In this document: positions 47,901 through 61,348 of the stretch, piece after piece | Layout: every line of letters begins with the position of its first letter | How positions within the stretch are numbered: position 1 is the first letter of the stretch | NCBI GenBank assembly: GCA_003427395.1 | Contig: BFEA01000003.1 | Location: 4,239,778-4,303,777, forward strand | DNA from: Chara braunii | Lineage: Eukaryota; Plantae; Charophyceae | Length of the DNA stretch: 64,000 bases | Reading direction: 5' to 3' | Position numbers and translations under genes: made by a program | The notes under the pieces: generated by a model | What the model was told of the DNA's origin: nothing | Database searches by the model: none | Seen by the model: only the letters and a program-made list of their open reading frames with translations

Positions 47901-50900
47901 TCTAGGCGTGGTTTTAGGCATGGTTCTAGGCGTGGTTCTAGGCGTGGTTTTAGGAGTGGTTCTTGGCGTGGTTTTAGGCCTGGTTGTAGGTGCCGTTTCA
48001 GGCATGTTTTTAGGCGTGGTTTTAGGCGTGGTTTTAGCGTGGTTTTACCGTGGTTTTACCGTGGTTTCAGGCGTGGTTTTAGCGTGGTTTTAGCGTGGTT
48101 TTAGGCTTGGTTTTAGCGTAGTTTTAGGAGTGGTTCTAGGCATGGTTCTAGGCGTGGTTTTAGGCGTGGTTTTAGGCGTGGTTTTAGGCGTGGTTCTAGG
48201 CACGGTTTTTGGCGTGGTTTTTGGCGTGGTTTTTGGCATGGTTTTAGGCGTGGTTTTAGGCGTGGTTTTAGGCGTGGTTTTAGCGTGGTTTTAGTGTGGT
48301 TCTAGGTGTGGTTTTAGCGTGGTTTTAGCGTGGTTTTAGCGTGGTTTTAGTGTGGTTTTAGGCGTGGTTTCGCGTGGTTTTAGCGTGGTTTTCACGTGGT
48401 TTTAGCGTGGTTTTAGGTGTGGCTTAGGCGTGGGTTTAGGCGTGGGTTTACGCGTGGGTTTAAGTGTGGGTTTAGGCATGGGTTTAGGCGTGGGTTTTAG
48501 GTGTGGGTTTAGGCGTGGGTTTGGGCGTGGGTTTAGGCGTGGGTTTAGGCGTGGGTTTAGGCGTGGGTTTTGGCGTAGGTTTTGGCGTGGGTTTAGGCGT
48601 GGGTTTTTGTGTGGGTTTGGATGTGGGACTAGGAGTGGGACAGCGGCAACCCATGCCGCCAAACCCACGCCAAACGCACGCCTTAACCGACGTCCAAACC
48701 CACGCCTAACCCACGCCAAAACACACGCACAAACCCACGCCCACACGCCTAAACCCACGCTAAACCCACGCCTAAACCTATGCCCAAACCCATGCCTAAA
48801 CCCACACTAAACCCACAGCCAAACCCACGCCTAAACCCACGCCCAAACCCTCGCCTAAACCCACGCCTAAGCCCACGCCCAAACCCACGCCTAAATGCCA
48901 AACCCACGCCTAAACCCACGCCAAGCCCACGCCAAACCCACGCCCAATCCCACGCCTAAACCCACGCCAAAACCCACGCCTAAACTCACGCCAAAACCCA
49001 CGTCGAAACCCACGCCCAAACCCACGGCCAAACCGACGCAAAATTCATATGGGTTTTGGTGTGGGTTTCCACGTGGGTTTAGGCGTGGGTTTGGGCGTGC
49101 GTTCGGGCGTGGGTTTGGCGTGGGTTTTGGAGTGGGCTTGGCGTGGGTTTAGGCGTGGGTTTGGGCTTGCGTTTGGAGTGGGTTTAGGTGTGGTGTGGGT
49201 TTGGCCGTGGGTTTGGGCGTGGGTTTGGCGTGGGTGTGGGTTTGCGGCGTGGGTTCGGCGGCTTGGGTTGGGGTGCGTGGGTTTTGGCGTGGGTTTAGGC
49301 GTGGGTTTGGCGTGGGCTTAGGGTTTTGGCGTGGGTTTGGGCGTGGGTTTGGCGTGGGTTTAGGTGTGGGTTTCGGCGTAAGTTTACGCGTGGGCTAAGG
49401 CGTGGGTTTGGCGTGCGTTTGGGCGTGGGTTAAGGCGTGGCTTTGGGCGAGGGCGTGGGTTTGGGCGAGGGTTTCGCGTGGGTTTGGGAGTGGGTTTAGG
49501 CGTGGGTTTGGGAGAAGGGTGGGTTTGGCGTGCGTTTGGCGAGGGTTTGGGTGTGGGTTTGGCATGGGAACCTCCGCCCAACCCACGCGAAACCCACTTC
49601 TAAACCCACGCCCAAACCTTGGCCTAAACCCTCGCCAAAACCCACGCCTAAACCCACGCCTAAACCCACGCCTAAACCCACGCCCAAACCCACGCCAAAC
49701 CCACGCCCAAACCCACGCCNNNNNNNNNNNNNNNNNNNNNNNNNNNNNNNNNNNNNNNNNNNNNNNNNNNNNNNNNNNNNNNNNNNNNNNNNNNNNNNNN
49801 NNNNNNNNNNNNNNNNNNNNNNNNNNNNNNNNNNNNNNNNNNNNNNNNNNNNNNNNNNNNNNNNNNNNNNNNNNNNNNNNNNNNNNNNNNNNNNNNNNNN
49901 NNNNNNNNNNNNNNNNNNNNNNNNNNNNNNNNNNNNNNNNNNNNNNNNNNNNNNNNNNNNNNNNNNNNNNNNNNNNNNNNNNNNNNNNNNNNNNNNNNNN
50001 NNNNNNNNNNNNNNNNNNNNNNNNNNNNNNNNNNNNNNNNNNNNNNNNNNNNNNNNNNNNNNNNNNNNNNNNNNNNNNNNNNNNNNNNNNNNNNNNNNNN
50101 NNNNNNNNNNNNNNNNNNNNNNNNNNNNNNNNNNNNNNNNNNNNNNNNNNNNNNNNNNNNNNNNNNNNNNNNNNNNNNNNNNNNNNNNNNNNNNNNNNNN
50201 NNNNNNNNNNNNNNNNNNNNNNNNNNNNNNNNNNNNNNNNNNNNNNNNNNNNNNNNNNNNNNNNNNNNNNNNNNNNNNNNNNNNNNNNNNNNNNNNNNNN
50301 NNNNNNNNNNNNNNNNNNNNNNNNNNNNNNNNNNNNNNNNNNNNNNNNNNNNNNNNNNNNNNNNNNNNNNNNNNNNNNNNNNNNNNNNNNNNNNNNNNNN
50401 NNNNNNNNNNNNNNNNNNNNNNNNNNNNNNNNNNNNNNNNNNNNNNNNNNNNNNNNNNNNNNNNNNNNNNNNNNNNNNNNNNNNNNNNNNNNNNNNNNNN
50501 NNNNNNNNNNNNNNGCCCACGCCTAAATCCACATCTAAGCCCACGCCCAAACCCACGCCTAAACCCACGCCTAAACCCACGCCTAAACCCACGCCTAAAC
50601 CCACGCCTAGGCGTGGGTTTAGGCGTGGGTTTAGGCGTGCGTTTCGCGTGGGTTTTGGCGTGGGTTTAGGCGTGGGTTTAGGCGTGCGTTTCGCGTGGGT
50701 TTTGGCATGGGTTTAGGAGTGGGTTTGGGCGTGGGTTTGGGCGTTAGGCGTGGGTTTAGGCATGGGTTTAGGCGTGGGTTTAGGCGGCCAAACCCACGCC
50801 TAAACCCACGCCTAAACCCACACGTAAACCGAGGCCTAAACCCATGCCCAAACCCATGCCTAAACCCACGCCTAAACCCACGCCTAAACCCTTGCCCAAA

Positions 50901-53900
50901 CCCATGCCTAAACCCACGCCTAAACCCACGCCTAAACCCATGCCCAAACCCACGCCTAAACCCACGCCTACACACACGCCCAAACCGACGCCTAAGCCCA
51001 CGCCTAAACCCATGCCTAAACCCACGCCCAAACACACGCCTAAACCCACGCCCAAACCCACGCCTAAACCCACGCCTAAACACACGACCAAACCCACGTG
51101 GGTTTGGGCGTTGGTTTAGGCGGCCAAACCCACGCAACCCAAACCTAAACCCATGCCTAAACCCACGCCTAAACCCACCCACGCCCAAACCCATGCCTAA
51201 GCCCACGCCCAACCCACGCCCAAACCCACAACCTAAACCCACGCTCAAACCCACGCCCAAACCCACGCCGAAACCCATGCTGGGCTTGGGAGTGGGTTTA
51301 GGCGTGGGTTTGGGCGTGGGTTTGGCGTGGGTTTGGCGCAGGATTGGCGTGGGTGGGTTGCGCGTGGGTTTAGGCGTGGGTTTGGGCCTGGGTTTAGGCA
51401 TGGGTTTGGCGTGGGTTTGGCGTGTGTTTAGGCGTGGGTTTAGGCATGGGTTTAGGCATGGGTTTAGGCGTGGGTTTTGGTGTGGGTTTAGGTGTGGGTT
51501 TTGGCATGGGTTTAGGGTGGGCTTAGGCGTGGGGTTGGGCGTGGGTTTGGCGTGGGTTTGGGCGTGGGTTTTGCCGTCGGTTTAGGCGTGGGCTTTGGCC
51601 GTGGGTTTTGGTGTGGGTTTAGGCGTGGGTATGGGCGTGGGTTTGGGCGTGGGTTTAGGACCCACGCCTAAACCCACGCTAAGCCTACGCCAAACCCACG
51701 CCTAAGCCCACGCCCAAACCAACGCCAAAACCCACGCCCAAACCCACGCCAAAACCCACGCCCAAACCCACGCCTAAACCCACGCTAAACCCATGCCATT
51801 TTGCGTGGGTTTAGGCGTGGGTTTAGGCGTGGGGCGTGGGTTTGGCGTGGGTTTGGCGTGGGTTTGGGCGTGGGTTTGGGCGTGGGTTTGGGCGTGGGTT
51901 TGGGCGTGGGTCTGGGCGTGGGTTTAGGCGTAGGTTTGGGCGTTGGTTTGGCGTGGGTTCAGGCGTGGGTTTGGGCGTGGGTTTGGGCGTGGGCGTGGGT
52001 TTAGGCGTGGGTTTTGGCGTGGGTTTGGCATGGGTTTGGCGTGGGTTGGGCGTGAGTTTAGGGGTTTGGCGTGGGTTTGGGCGTGGGTTTATTGGTTTAG
52101 CGTGGGTTTAGGCGTGGGTGGGTTTGGCGTGGGTCTAGGTGTTGGTTTAGGCGTGGGTTTAGGCGTGGGTTTAGGCGTGGGTTTAGGCATGGGTTTGGGC
52201 GTGGGCTTAGGCATGGATTTAGGCATTGGTTTAGGCGTGGGTTTGGGTGTGGGTTTGGGCGTGGGTTTGGCGTGGGTTTGGGCGTGGGCTTAGGCATCGG
52301 TTTTGGCGTGGGTTTAGGGGGTTTGGGCGTGGGTTTTGGCGTGGGTTTAGCGTAGGTTTGGCGTGGGTTTGGGCGTGGGTTTGGGCGTGGGTTTGGGTGT
52401 GGGCTTAGGCGTGGGTTTGGTGGGTTTAGCCAAACCCATGCCAAATCCCACACCAAACCCACGCCTAAACCCGCGCCTAAATCCACGTATAAACCCACAT
52501 CCAAACCGACGCTAAAGTGACGCCTAAACCCACGCCCAACCCATGCCCAAACCCACACCTAAGCCCGTGCCTGAACCTACGCGTAAACCCATGCCAAAAC
52601 CCATACTGAAACCCACGCCTAAACCCGCGATGGCTTAGGCGTGGGTTTAGGCGTGGGTTTAGGCTTCGGTTTGAGTGTGGGTTTGGGCGTGGGATTTGGC
52701 GTGGGTTTGGGCGTGGGTTTAGGCATAGGTTTACGCGTGGGTTGACGCCCAAACCCACGCCTAAACCCACGCTAAACCCACGCCTAAACCCAGGCCTAAA
52801 CCCACGCCCAAACCCACGCCTAAACCCACACCCAAACCCACGCCAAAACCCATGCCAAAACCCATGCCCAAACCCAAGCCCAAAGCCCCGCCCAAACGCA
52901 CGCCTAAGCCCACGCCTACACCCATGCCTAAACCCACGCCTTAACCCACGCCTAAAACCACGCCTGAACCCACGCCTAAACCCACGCCCAAAACCTCGCC
53001 CAAACCCAAGTGGGTTTAGCGTGGGTTGTGGCGTGGGTTTTGGCGTGGGTTTAGGCATGAGTTTAGGCGTGGGTTTCGCGTGGGTTTTGGCGTGCGTTTA
53101 GGACTGGGTTTGGGCGTGGGGTTGGGCGTGGGGTTGGGCATTAGGCGTGGGTTTAGGCATGGGTTTGGGCGTGGGTTGGGTGTGGGTTTGGAATGGGTTT
53201 GGCTGGTTTGGGCATGGGTTTGGGCGTGGGTTTAGGTGTGGGTTTAGGCGTGGGTTTAGGCGTGGGTTTGGGAGTGGGTTTTGGCGTGGGTTTGGCGTGG
53301 GCTTAGGTGTGGGTTTGGGCGTGGGTTTGGGTGTGGGTTTAGGTGTGGGTTTGGGCGTGGGTTTGGGTGTGGGCTTAGGCGTGCGTTTAGGCGTGGGTTT
53401 NNNNNNNNNNNNNNNNNNNNNNNNNNNNNNNNNNNNNNNNNNNNNNNNNNNNNNNNNNNNNNNNNNNNNNNNNNNNNNNNNNNNNNNNNNNNNNNNNNNN
53501 NNNNNNNNNNNNNNNNNNNNNNNNNNNNNNNNNNNNNNNNNNNNNNNNNNNNNNNNNNNNNNNNNNNNNNNNNNNNNNNNNNNNNNNNNNNNNNNNNNNN
53601 NNNNNNNNNNNNNNNNNNNNNNNNNNNNNNNNNNNNNNNNNNNNNNNNNNNNNNNNNNNNNNNNNNNNNNNNNNNNNNNNNNNNNNNNNNNNNNNNNNNN
53701 NNNNNNNNNNNNNNNNNNNNNNNNNNNNNNNNNNNNNNNNNNNNNNNNNNNNNNNNNNNNNNNNNNNNNNNNNNNNNNNNNNNNNNNNNNNNNNNNNNNN
53801 NNNNNNNNNNNNNNNNNNNNNNNNNNNNNNNNNNNNNNNNNNNNNNNNNNNNNNNNNNNNNNNNNNNNNNNNNNNNNNNNNNNNNNNNNNNNNNNNNNNN

Positions 53901-56900
53901 NNNNNNNNNNNNNNNNNNNNNNNNNNNNNNNNNNNNNNNNNNNNNNNNNNNNNNNNNNNNNNNNNNNNNNNNNNNNNNNNNNNNNNNNNNNNNNNNNNNN
54001 NNNNNNNNNNNNNNNNNNNNNNNNNNNNNNNNNNNNNNNNNNNNNNNNNNNNNNNNNNNNNNNNNNNNNNNNNNNNNNNNNNNNNNNNNNNNNNNNNNNN
54101 NNNNNNNNNNNNNNNNNNNNNNNNNNNNNNNNNNNNNNNNNNNNNNNNNNNNNNNNNNNNNNNNNNNNNNNNNNNNNNNNNNNNNNNNNNNNNNNNNNNN
54201 NNNNNNNNNNNNNNNNNNNNNNNNNNNNNNNNNNNNNNNNNNNNNNNNNNNNNNNNNNNNNNNNNNNNNNNNNNNNNNNNNNNNNNNNNNNNNNNNNNNN
54301 NNNNNNNNNNNNNNNNNNNNNNNNNNNNNNNNNNNAAACCCACGCCAAAACCCACGCCTAAACCCACGCCTAAACCCATGCCCAAACCCACAGCTAGACC
54401 CACGCCCAAACCCACGCCCAAACTCACGCCCAAACCCATGCCTAAACACACGCCAAAACCCACGCCAAAACCCATGCCCAAACCCACGCCCTAACCCACG
54501 CCTCAAACCCACGCCAAAACCCACGCCTTAGCCCATGCCTAAACCCACGCCCAAACCCACCCCCAAATCCATGCCGAGACCCACGCCCTAACCCACCCCC
54601 CAAACCCACGCCAAAACCCAAGCCCAAACCCACACCTAAACCCACGCCAAACCCATGCCTAAATCCACGCCCAAAGCCATTAGTTGGAACGTGTTTTTGG
54701 CGTGGGTATTGGCGTTTTGGCTTGGGTTTGGCGTGGGTTTGGCGTGGGTTTAGGCGTGGCTTTTGGCGTGGGTTTAGGCCTGGGTTTAAGCGTGGGTTTG
54801 GCGTGGGTTTGGCGTGGGTTTGGGCGTGAGTTTAGGCGTGGGTGTGGGCGTTGGTTAGGCGTGGGTTTGGCCGTGGGTTTAGGCGTGGGTTTATGCGTGG
54901 GTGAAGGCGTGGGTTTGGGCGTGGGTTTTGGCGTGGGTTTGGGCGTGGGTTTAGCGTGGGTTTAGGCGTGGGTTGGGCGTGGGTTTGGGCGTGGGTTGGG
55001 CGTGGGCTTAGGCGTGGGTATTGCGTGGGCTTAGCATGGGTTTGGGCGTGGGTTTAGCGGGGGTCTGGGCATGGGTTTAGCGTGGGTTTGGGCATGGGTT
55101 TAGCGTGGGTTTGGGCGGGGGTTGGGCGTGGGCTAAGGCGTGGGCTTGGCGTGGGGTTTGGCATGGGTTTGGGCGTGGGTTTAGGCGTGGGTTTAGGACC
55201 CACGCATAAACCGATGCCCAAACCCACGCCAAAACCCAGGCCAAAACCCACGCCAAAACCCACGCCCAAACCCACGCCCAAACCCATGCCCAAACCCATG
55301 CCAAACCCACACCTAAACCCACGCCCAAACCCACGCTAAACCCATGCTCAAACCCACGCCTAAACCCACACCCAAACCCACGCCCAAACCCACACCCAAA
55401 CCCACGCCCAAACCCACGCCCAAACCCACGCCCAGGCGTGGGTTTCGGCGTGGGTTTGGGCGTGGGTTTAGGCATGGGTTTGGGCGTGGGTTTGGGCGTG
55501 GGTTTGGGCATGGGAACCCACACCCACGCCTAAACCCACGCGAAAACCCACCCCAAAACCCACGCCCAAACCCACGCTTAATCCCACGCCCAACCCACGC
55601 CTAAACCCACGCCTAACCCCACACCTAAACCCACGCATGGTTTTAGCGTGCTTTTAGTGTGGTTTTAGGCGTGGTTTGAGCGTGGTTTTAGGCATGGTCT
55701 TAGCGTCGTTCTTCGCGTGGTTTTAGCGTGGTTTTAGCGTGGTTCTATGCGTGGTTTTAGCGTGGTTTTAGCGTGGTTTTAGCCTGGGCTTAGCGTGGGT
55801 TTAGCGTGGTTTAGGCGTGGTTTAGGCGTGGTTTAGGCGTGGTTTACGCGTGGTTTTAGGCTTGGTTTTAGGCATGGTTTTAGGCGTGGTTTAGGCATGG
55901 TTTTGGGCGTGGTTTTAGGCGTGGTTTCAGGGCGTGGTTGTAGGCGTGGTTTTAGGCGTGGTTTTAGGCGTGGTTTTAGGCGTGGTTTTAGCATGGTTTT
56001 GGCTTGCTTTTAGGCGTGGTTCTAGGCGTGGTTCTAGGCGTGGTTTTAGGCATGGTCATAGGCGTGGTCATAGGCATGGTTTTAGGCGTGGTTCTAGGCG
56101 TGGTTCTAGGCGTGGTTNNNNNNNNNNNNNNNNNNNNNNNNNNNNNNNNNNNNNNNNNNNNNNNNNNNNNNNNNNNNNNNNNNNNNNNNNNNNNNNNNNN
56201 NNNNNNNNNNNNNNNNNNNNNNNNNNNNNNNNNNNNNNNNNNNNNNNNNNNNNNNNNNNNNNNNNNNGGCGTGGTTCTAGGCGTGGTTTTAGGCGTGGTT
56301 TTAGGCGTGGTTGTAGGCGTCGTTTTAACGTGGTTTTAGGCATGGTTCTAGGCGTGGTTTTAGGAGTGGTTCTAGGCGTGGTTCTAGGCATAGGCGTGGT
56401 TTTAGGCGTGGTTTTAGGCGTGGTTCTAGGCGTGGTTTTAGGTGTGGTTTAGGCGTGGTTTTAGGCATGGTTTTAGGCATGGTTTTAGGCGTGGTTTTAG
56501 GCGTGGTTTAGGCGTGGTTTAGGTGTGGTTTTAGGCGTGGTTTTAGGTGTGGTCTTAGGCTTGGTTTTAGGCGTGGTTTAGGCGTGGTTGTAGGCATGGT
56601 TTAAGCGTGGTTTTAGGTGTGTGTTTTTGCGTGGTTTTTGGCGTGGTTTAGGCATGGTTTTAGCGTGGTTTAGGCGTGGTTTTAGGCGTAGTTTTAGGTG
56701 TGGTCTTAGGCATGATTCTAGACATGGTTTTAGGCGTGGTTTTAGGCGTGGTTGTAGGCGTGGTTGTAGGCATGGTTGTAGGCGTGGTTTTAGGCATGGT
56801 TTTAGGGGTGGTTCAAGGCGTGGTTCTAGGCGTGGTTCTAGGCGTTGTTTTAGGCGTGGTTCTATGCGTGGTTTTAGGCGTGGTTCTAGGCGTGGTTCTA

Positions 56901-58503
56901 GGCGTGGTTCTAGGTGTGGATTTAGGCGTGGTTCTAGGCGTGGTTCTAGGCGTGGTTTTAGGCGTGGTTCTAGGCGTGGTTCTAGGCGTGGTTCTAGGTG
57001 TGGTTTTAGGCGTGGTTCTAGGCGTGGTTCTAGGCGTGGTTTTAGGCGTGGTTCTAGGCGTGGTTTTAGGCGTGGTTTTAACGTGGTTTTAGCGTGGTTT
57101 TAGCGTGGTTTTAGCATGTTTTAGCGTGGTTCTATGCATGGTTTTAGTGTGGTTTTAGCATGGTTTTAGCATGGTTTTAGCATGGTTTTAGAGTGGTTTA
57201 GGCGTGGTTTAGGCATGGTTGTAGGCGTGGTTCGAGGCGTGGTTTTAGGCGTGGTCTTAGGCATGGTTTTAGGTGTGGTTTTAGGCCTGGTTTTAGGCCT
57301 CGTTTTAGGCGTGGTTCTAGGCTTGGTTCTAGGCGTGGTTCTAGGCGTGGTTCTAGGCGTGGTTCTAGGAGTCTAGGCGTGGTTTAGGCGTGGTTCTAGG
57401 TGTGGTTTTAGGTGTGGTTCTAGGCGTGGGTTTAGGCGTGGTTCTAGGCGTGGTTCTAGGCGTGGTTTTAGGTGTGGTTTTAGGCGTGGTTCTAGGCGTG
57501 GTTCTAGGCGTGGTTTCAGCGTAGTTCTAGGTGGGCTTTTAGGCGTGGTTCTAGGCGTGGTTTTAGCGTGCTTTTATTGTGCTTTTAGGCGTGGTCTTAG
57601 CGTGGTTTTAGCGTGGTTCTGGGCGTGGTTGTAGCGTGGTTTTAAGTGTGGTTTGAGGCGTGGTTTTAGGCGTGGTTTTAGGCCTGGTTTTAGGAGTGGT
57701 TTAGGCGTGGTCTTAGTGTGGTTTTATTGTGGTTTTAGCGTGGTTTTTACGTGGTTTAGGCATGGTTTAGGCATGGTTTAGGTGTGGTTTTAGGTGTGGT
57801 TTAGGCGTGGTTCTAGCCGTGGTTCTAGACGTGGTTTTAGGCGTGGTTTTAGGCGTGGTTTTAGCGTGGTTTTAGCGTGGTTTTAGCGTGGTTTTGGCGT
57901 GGTTTTAGCGTGGTTTTCGTGTGGTTCTCGCGTGGTTCTAGCATGGTTTTAGGGTGGTTCTAGGCATGGTTTTAGCGTGGTTTTAGAGTGGTTTTAGCAT
58001 GGTTTTAGTGTGGTTTCAGTGTGGTTTTCGCGTGGTTTAGGCGTGGTTTAGGTGTGGGTTTAGGCATGGTTTAGGCGTGGTTCTAGGCGTGGTTTGGGCG
58101 TGGGTTTGGACGTGGATTTAGGCGTGGGTTTGGGCGTGGGTTTGGGCATGGGTTTGGGCATGGGTTTGGGGGTGGGTTTGGGGGTGGGTTTGGGCGTGGG
58201 TTTAGGCGTGGTTTTGGGCGTTGGTTTGGGCGTTGGTTTGGGCGTGGGTTTGGGCGTGGGTTTGGGCGTGGGTTTGGGCGTAGGTTCAGGCGTGGGTTTG
58301 GGCGTGGGTATGGGCGTGGGTTTAGGCATGGTTTTGGGCGTGGTTATAGGCGTGGGTTTGGGCGTGGTTTTGGGCGTAGTTTTGGGCGTGGGTGTAGACG
58401 TGGTTTTGGGCGTGGTTTTGGGCATGGTTTTAGGCGTGGTTTAGGGCGTGGTTTTAGGAGTGGTTTTAGGCGTACTTTTGGGCGTGCTTTTGGGCGTGGT
58501 GTG
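41987..58503. repeat. Telomere-like 11/12-bp satellite (A-type CCTA(A/G)AACCACG, B-type CC(T/C)AAACCCACG) with many orientation switches; contains five assembly gaps
   Basis: A-type ~41987-48420 and ~55638-58070; B-type ~48420-55637 and, mixed with A-type, ~58070-58500. Confidence 0.95.
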
Positions 58504-58784
58504 AGGATGGGTAGAAATATCGATGGTACAGTCCCAAATAGCCTTACTAATCAAAAGGTAATCCAGCCTCCTCGGAGCTACTCGTCTCCCTGACAATAGT
58601 TGCGGCGAATACCACGTGAAGCCGGGGTTTGTAGGATTAGTTAACCTGAACGGGTCTGATAGTTCAAAATCCATAATTAAACCAAGCAAGGTGTGTAGGT
58701 TTTTGCCGTCTTTTTGTTAGCAGAACAAAAAATTCACATGTTCCAGTCTTGTGCTAAAACTATATCCTCTACATCTCGTAGGAC
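58504..58784 (-). pseudogene. LINE ORF2 APE-endonuclease, C-terminal part; truncated by the satellite
   Basis: IVLAQDWN (GDWN-like), LSDPFR..PGFTW..RRLDYLLIS. Confidence 0.85.
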
Positions 58785-59820
58785 TGTGATGAACTATCTT
58801 CTCTAATCGCGCGACTTCCTGCGCGAGGCTGTTGTGGGGAAACAGGAGGGCTTCGATGGGTGCGGGCGTGAGCGGGGATCGGTTAGGCAAGTTGCATGGA
58901 TGCCCTCGCTTCTTTTTATTTTTTTTGTAATTCGTTGGGCCGGTGTTGGGGAAGCCCCGTGCGGACGATTGAGTAGTAACCACACCCTAGCCAGCGCGAG
59001 AAATAACAGGTGCCATAGCTTCTTTCTTGTTCTGTTGTGAGCACTAGGAATTTTGGCATGATTAGCGCGCGAGAATTTTCGTCTTTTAAAATTTGAACTA
59101 ATGCCGAGCCCCTGCAGGCTCTCGGCGTTGTTTTCTCTTTGATAATTTTCTTTTGCAATAAGGATTTAGACTAGGGATTTAGGCACTTTGCAATTTGGCT
59201 GCGCGACGCTTCTTGCTCGCACGCACCGTGCCTCGACAGGGTCTGGGCTCTGATTTCCATCCGCGCCTCAATCCTGTGTGTAACTATAGTTTTTGTCGGG
59301 CGGAGCCATAACTGTTACAGTAATCTTCTTGTTCTTGATGACCCTTGTATTTCTCTCTTTCCCGCCTCATCTTCCCATGCACACTCTCTTCCTCTATTCT
59401 CAGTGGTTCCCACGTTTGCATGCCTGGATTAATGCGTGTAGAGTGGCCCCGTCCCCCGCACCATGGCCTGGATGTGGCAAATGTAGGCACTTCCTTTCTT
59501 CCCTTTCCCATCACTTGGGCTAATCCCGTATCCTTCGTGCAGGCATGCATGCTATAAATTTTGCAAGTGCGATTAATTGTCTCTCTAAGAAGCATGAGAT
59601 TAGCGCGATCAGTGAGGGTCAACTAACGAGCAAGTTTGGAAGGTGAGTGAGCGTGAGAGTTGGGCGATCCGACGAGCTGGTGATGAGTGCACGGGGTTGA
59701 CGCGTGGTCGCGAAGGACTTTGGCACGTGGGCGAACCTGGCTTGCACACTCAGGCCAAGTGGGTGACGACTCTGTGTGACTTTTGGAGATGCGGGGCGAC
59801 GGACTGCCCGCATTGAGAGA

Positions 59821-59825
<5 letters not shown>

Positions 59826-59884
<59 letters not shown>
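59826..59884. repeat. (AG)n microsatellite within solo LTR
   Basis: AG run. Confidence 0.95.
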
Positions 59885-59885
<1 letters not shown>

Positions 59886-60584
59886 GAGGATATGGTGGAA
59901 TAGTGTCTTCTTCTCCCTACCTTCTATGTAAAGTTTTGATTCCAACGTTGGTCAATTTTGTTGTTGCACCTTTGGATTTCTTGTGTGAATCATCTCGGAC
60001 TATCGACTTTGTGTGTATTTATGCATGAGGGTGAATGAACGCGCGCCCCTTTTTTATTTTATTTTATTTTGAGTTGTCTTTAGTCTCCAATTTTATTTTG
60101 CTCAATTCCAATTTTGTCACTTTCGAGTACCCGTCCGCGTTGCACGGACAACGACCTGCGGAATTTTGGTTATCGCAGGTTGGGCCAGATACGTCCCTCG
60201 CACACATCTTGTCCAATCACTTGTTTTTGAGTCGCGCACGATTGCGTTGATCACAGGGTGCATTGGTTTTTGGATGCTAAACTAACTTTGCCCCCTTTTT
60301 ATATGATGGAGCGAGTATGTATGCAATGATTAGTTATGCCTGAGATTTGGATAACGGTTGCACTGGAGGACCAACTACAAGCATATAGGATAAACCGACA
60401 CACAGGTTAATCGCTTTGTGGCAACTTACTCGCGCATAGTCTTTAATCTGATCAGCCGGCTCATGCGCACGCATGCGTAAGGTAGCCGCCCACAGAGGTG
60501 ACCTGCAGCCTACTCGCGTGCGTGCAAGAGCCAACCCGATCCCCCTCGTTGAAGATGCATGCGCTAAACCCCGCTAAATAGGAT

Positions 60585-61073
60585 ATGGCGATCGAGACTC
60601 CCTTCTGGGTTGTCGATCATGAGAGCCTAAGAGATCCGAAATACCGAGCGTATTGGGAAAGGGAACAAGTCAGACGGCAACAGACCAGACGGCAAAGAAA
60701 CTTGCGGAATCCTGAGTACCCCTGCCAAACTGGAAACGAACAACTGTGCAGGGGCGATTTCCAGTTGGCAATAAACCGAGACTCTCGGATCCCGGATAAT
60801 CCCGACAGTCAAACCCAACATTACCTTCTAACCCCTGGCTTCGTGGCCATCACCACTAACTTCCCTTCCTATTACGTCATCCTCCCGTATCACCAACTAC
60901 TTGTCGTCCCATGGGAGTCCATAGCCCGGTCCTGGCCCCGCCCGTCATGCTCAGAGTGTCAGCAGCACGACGAGGGCTGTCCGGCGGGGATCACTCGACG
61001 AACCCATCCCGAAACGGAACAACGAGAGCGCAATTCATCCTCCTCAGCCTCTAGGACTTGCGCCGGCCAATAG
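60585..61073 (+). CDS. 162-aa hypothetical ORF within solo LTR
   Basis: ATG-initiated uninterrupted ORF with CSECQQH; no recognised domain. Confidence 0.3.
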   Translation: MAIETPFWVVDHESLRDPKYRAYWEREQVRRQQTRRQRNLRNPEYPCQTGNEQLCRGDFQLAINRDSRIPDNPDSQTQHYLLTPGFVAITTNFPSYYVILPYHQLLVVPWESIARSWPRPSCSECQQHDEGCPAGITRRTHPETEQRERNSSSSASRTCAGQ

Positions 61074-61348
61074 TGGTACGACCGTACGAGCATTCGCACC
61101 GGGACACCCGTAGCGCCCCACCCGAGCACCATATGAGGATCAGGCCGCGAGATCGGCAATCACCACAACTCTAAGCCAAAAGCGACACTTGCACTTCTAC
61201 CCCTGAAACTTGACACAGGAAATTCTAGTTCCGACCTGGAACTCCACCCCGCTTTCCTAAAATCCTTGGCACACCCCTTTTTGCACTTCTAGGCCCACTA
61301 ACACTCCGAAAACAGGAAGTCGCGTCGGGCGTGAGGTTGGGCGTCACA

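Larger units (their letters stand above)
58785..61348. mobile_element. Solo LTR (~2.56 kb) inserted in the LINE endonuclease
   Basis: TGTGATG...CGTCACA ends; perfect 4-bp TSD GGAC (58781-58784, 61349-61352); removal restores IYAPTN..EFFELLSDVLTVLRDVEDIVLAQDWN in frame. Confidence 0.85.

Noticed and set aside
41785-58444. Many long ORFs (PKTT, VVLG, RRGF, PKPT repeats)
   Set aside because: They are translations of the 12-bp satellite and of N gaps, not genes
41987-58503. CACACC..GGTGTG as transposon TIRs
   Set aside because: CACACC is a common unit variant, there is no clean TSD, and the left flank does not continue the LINE
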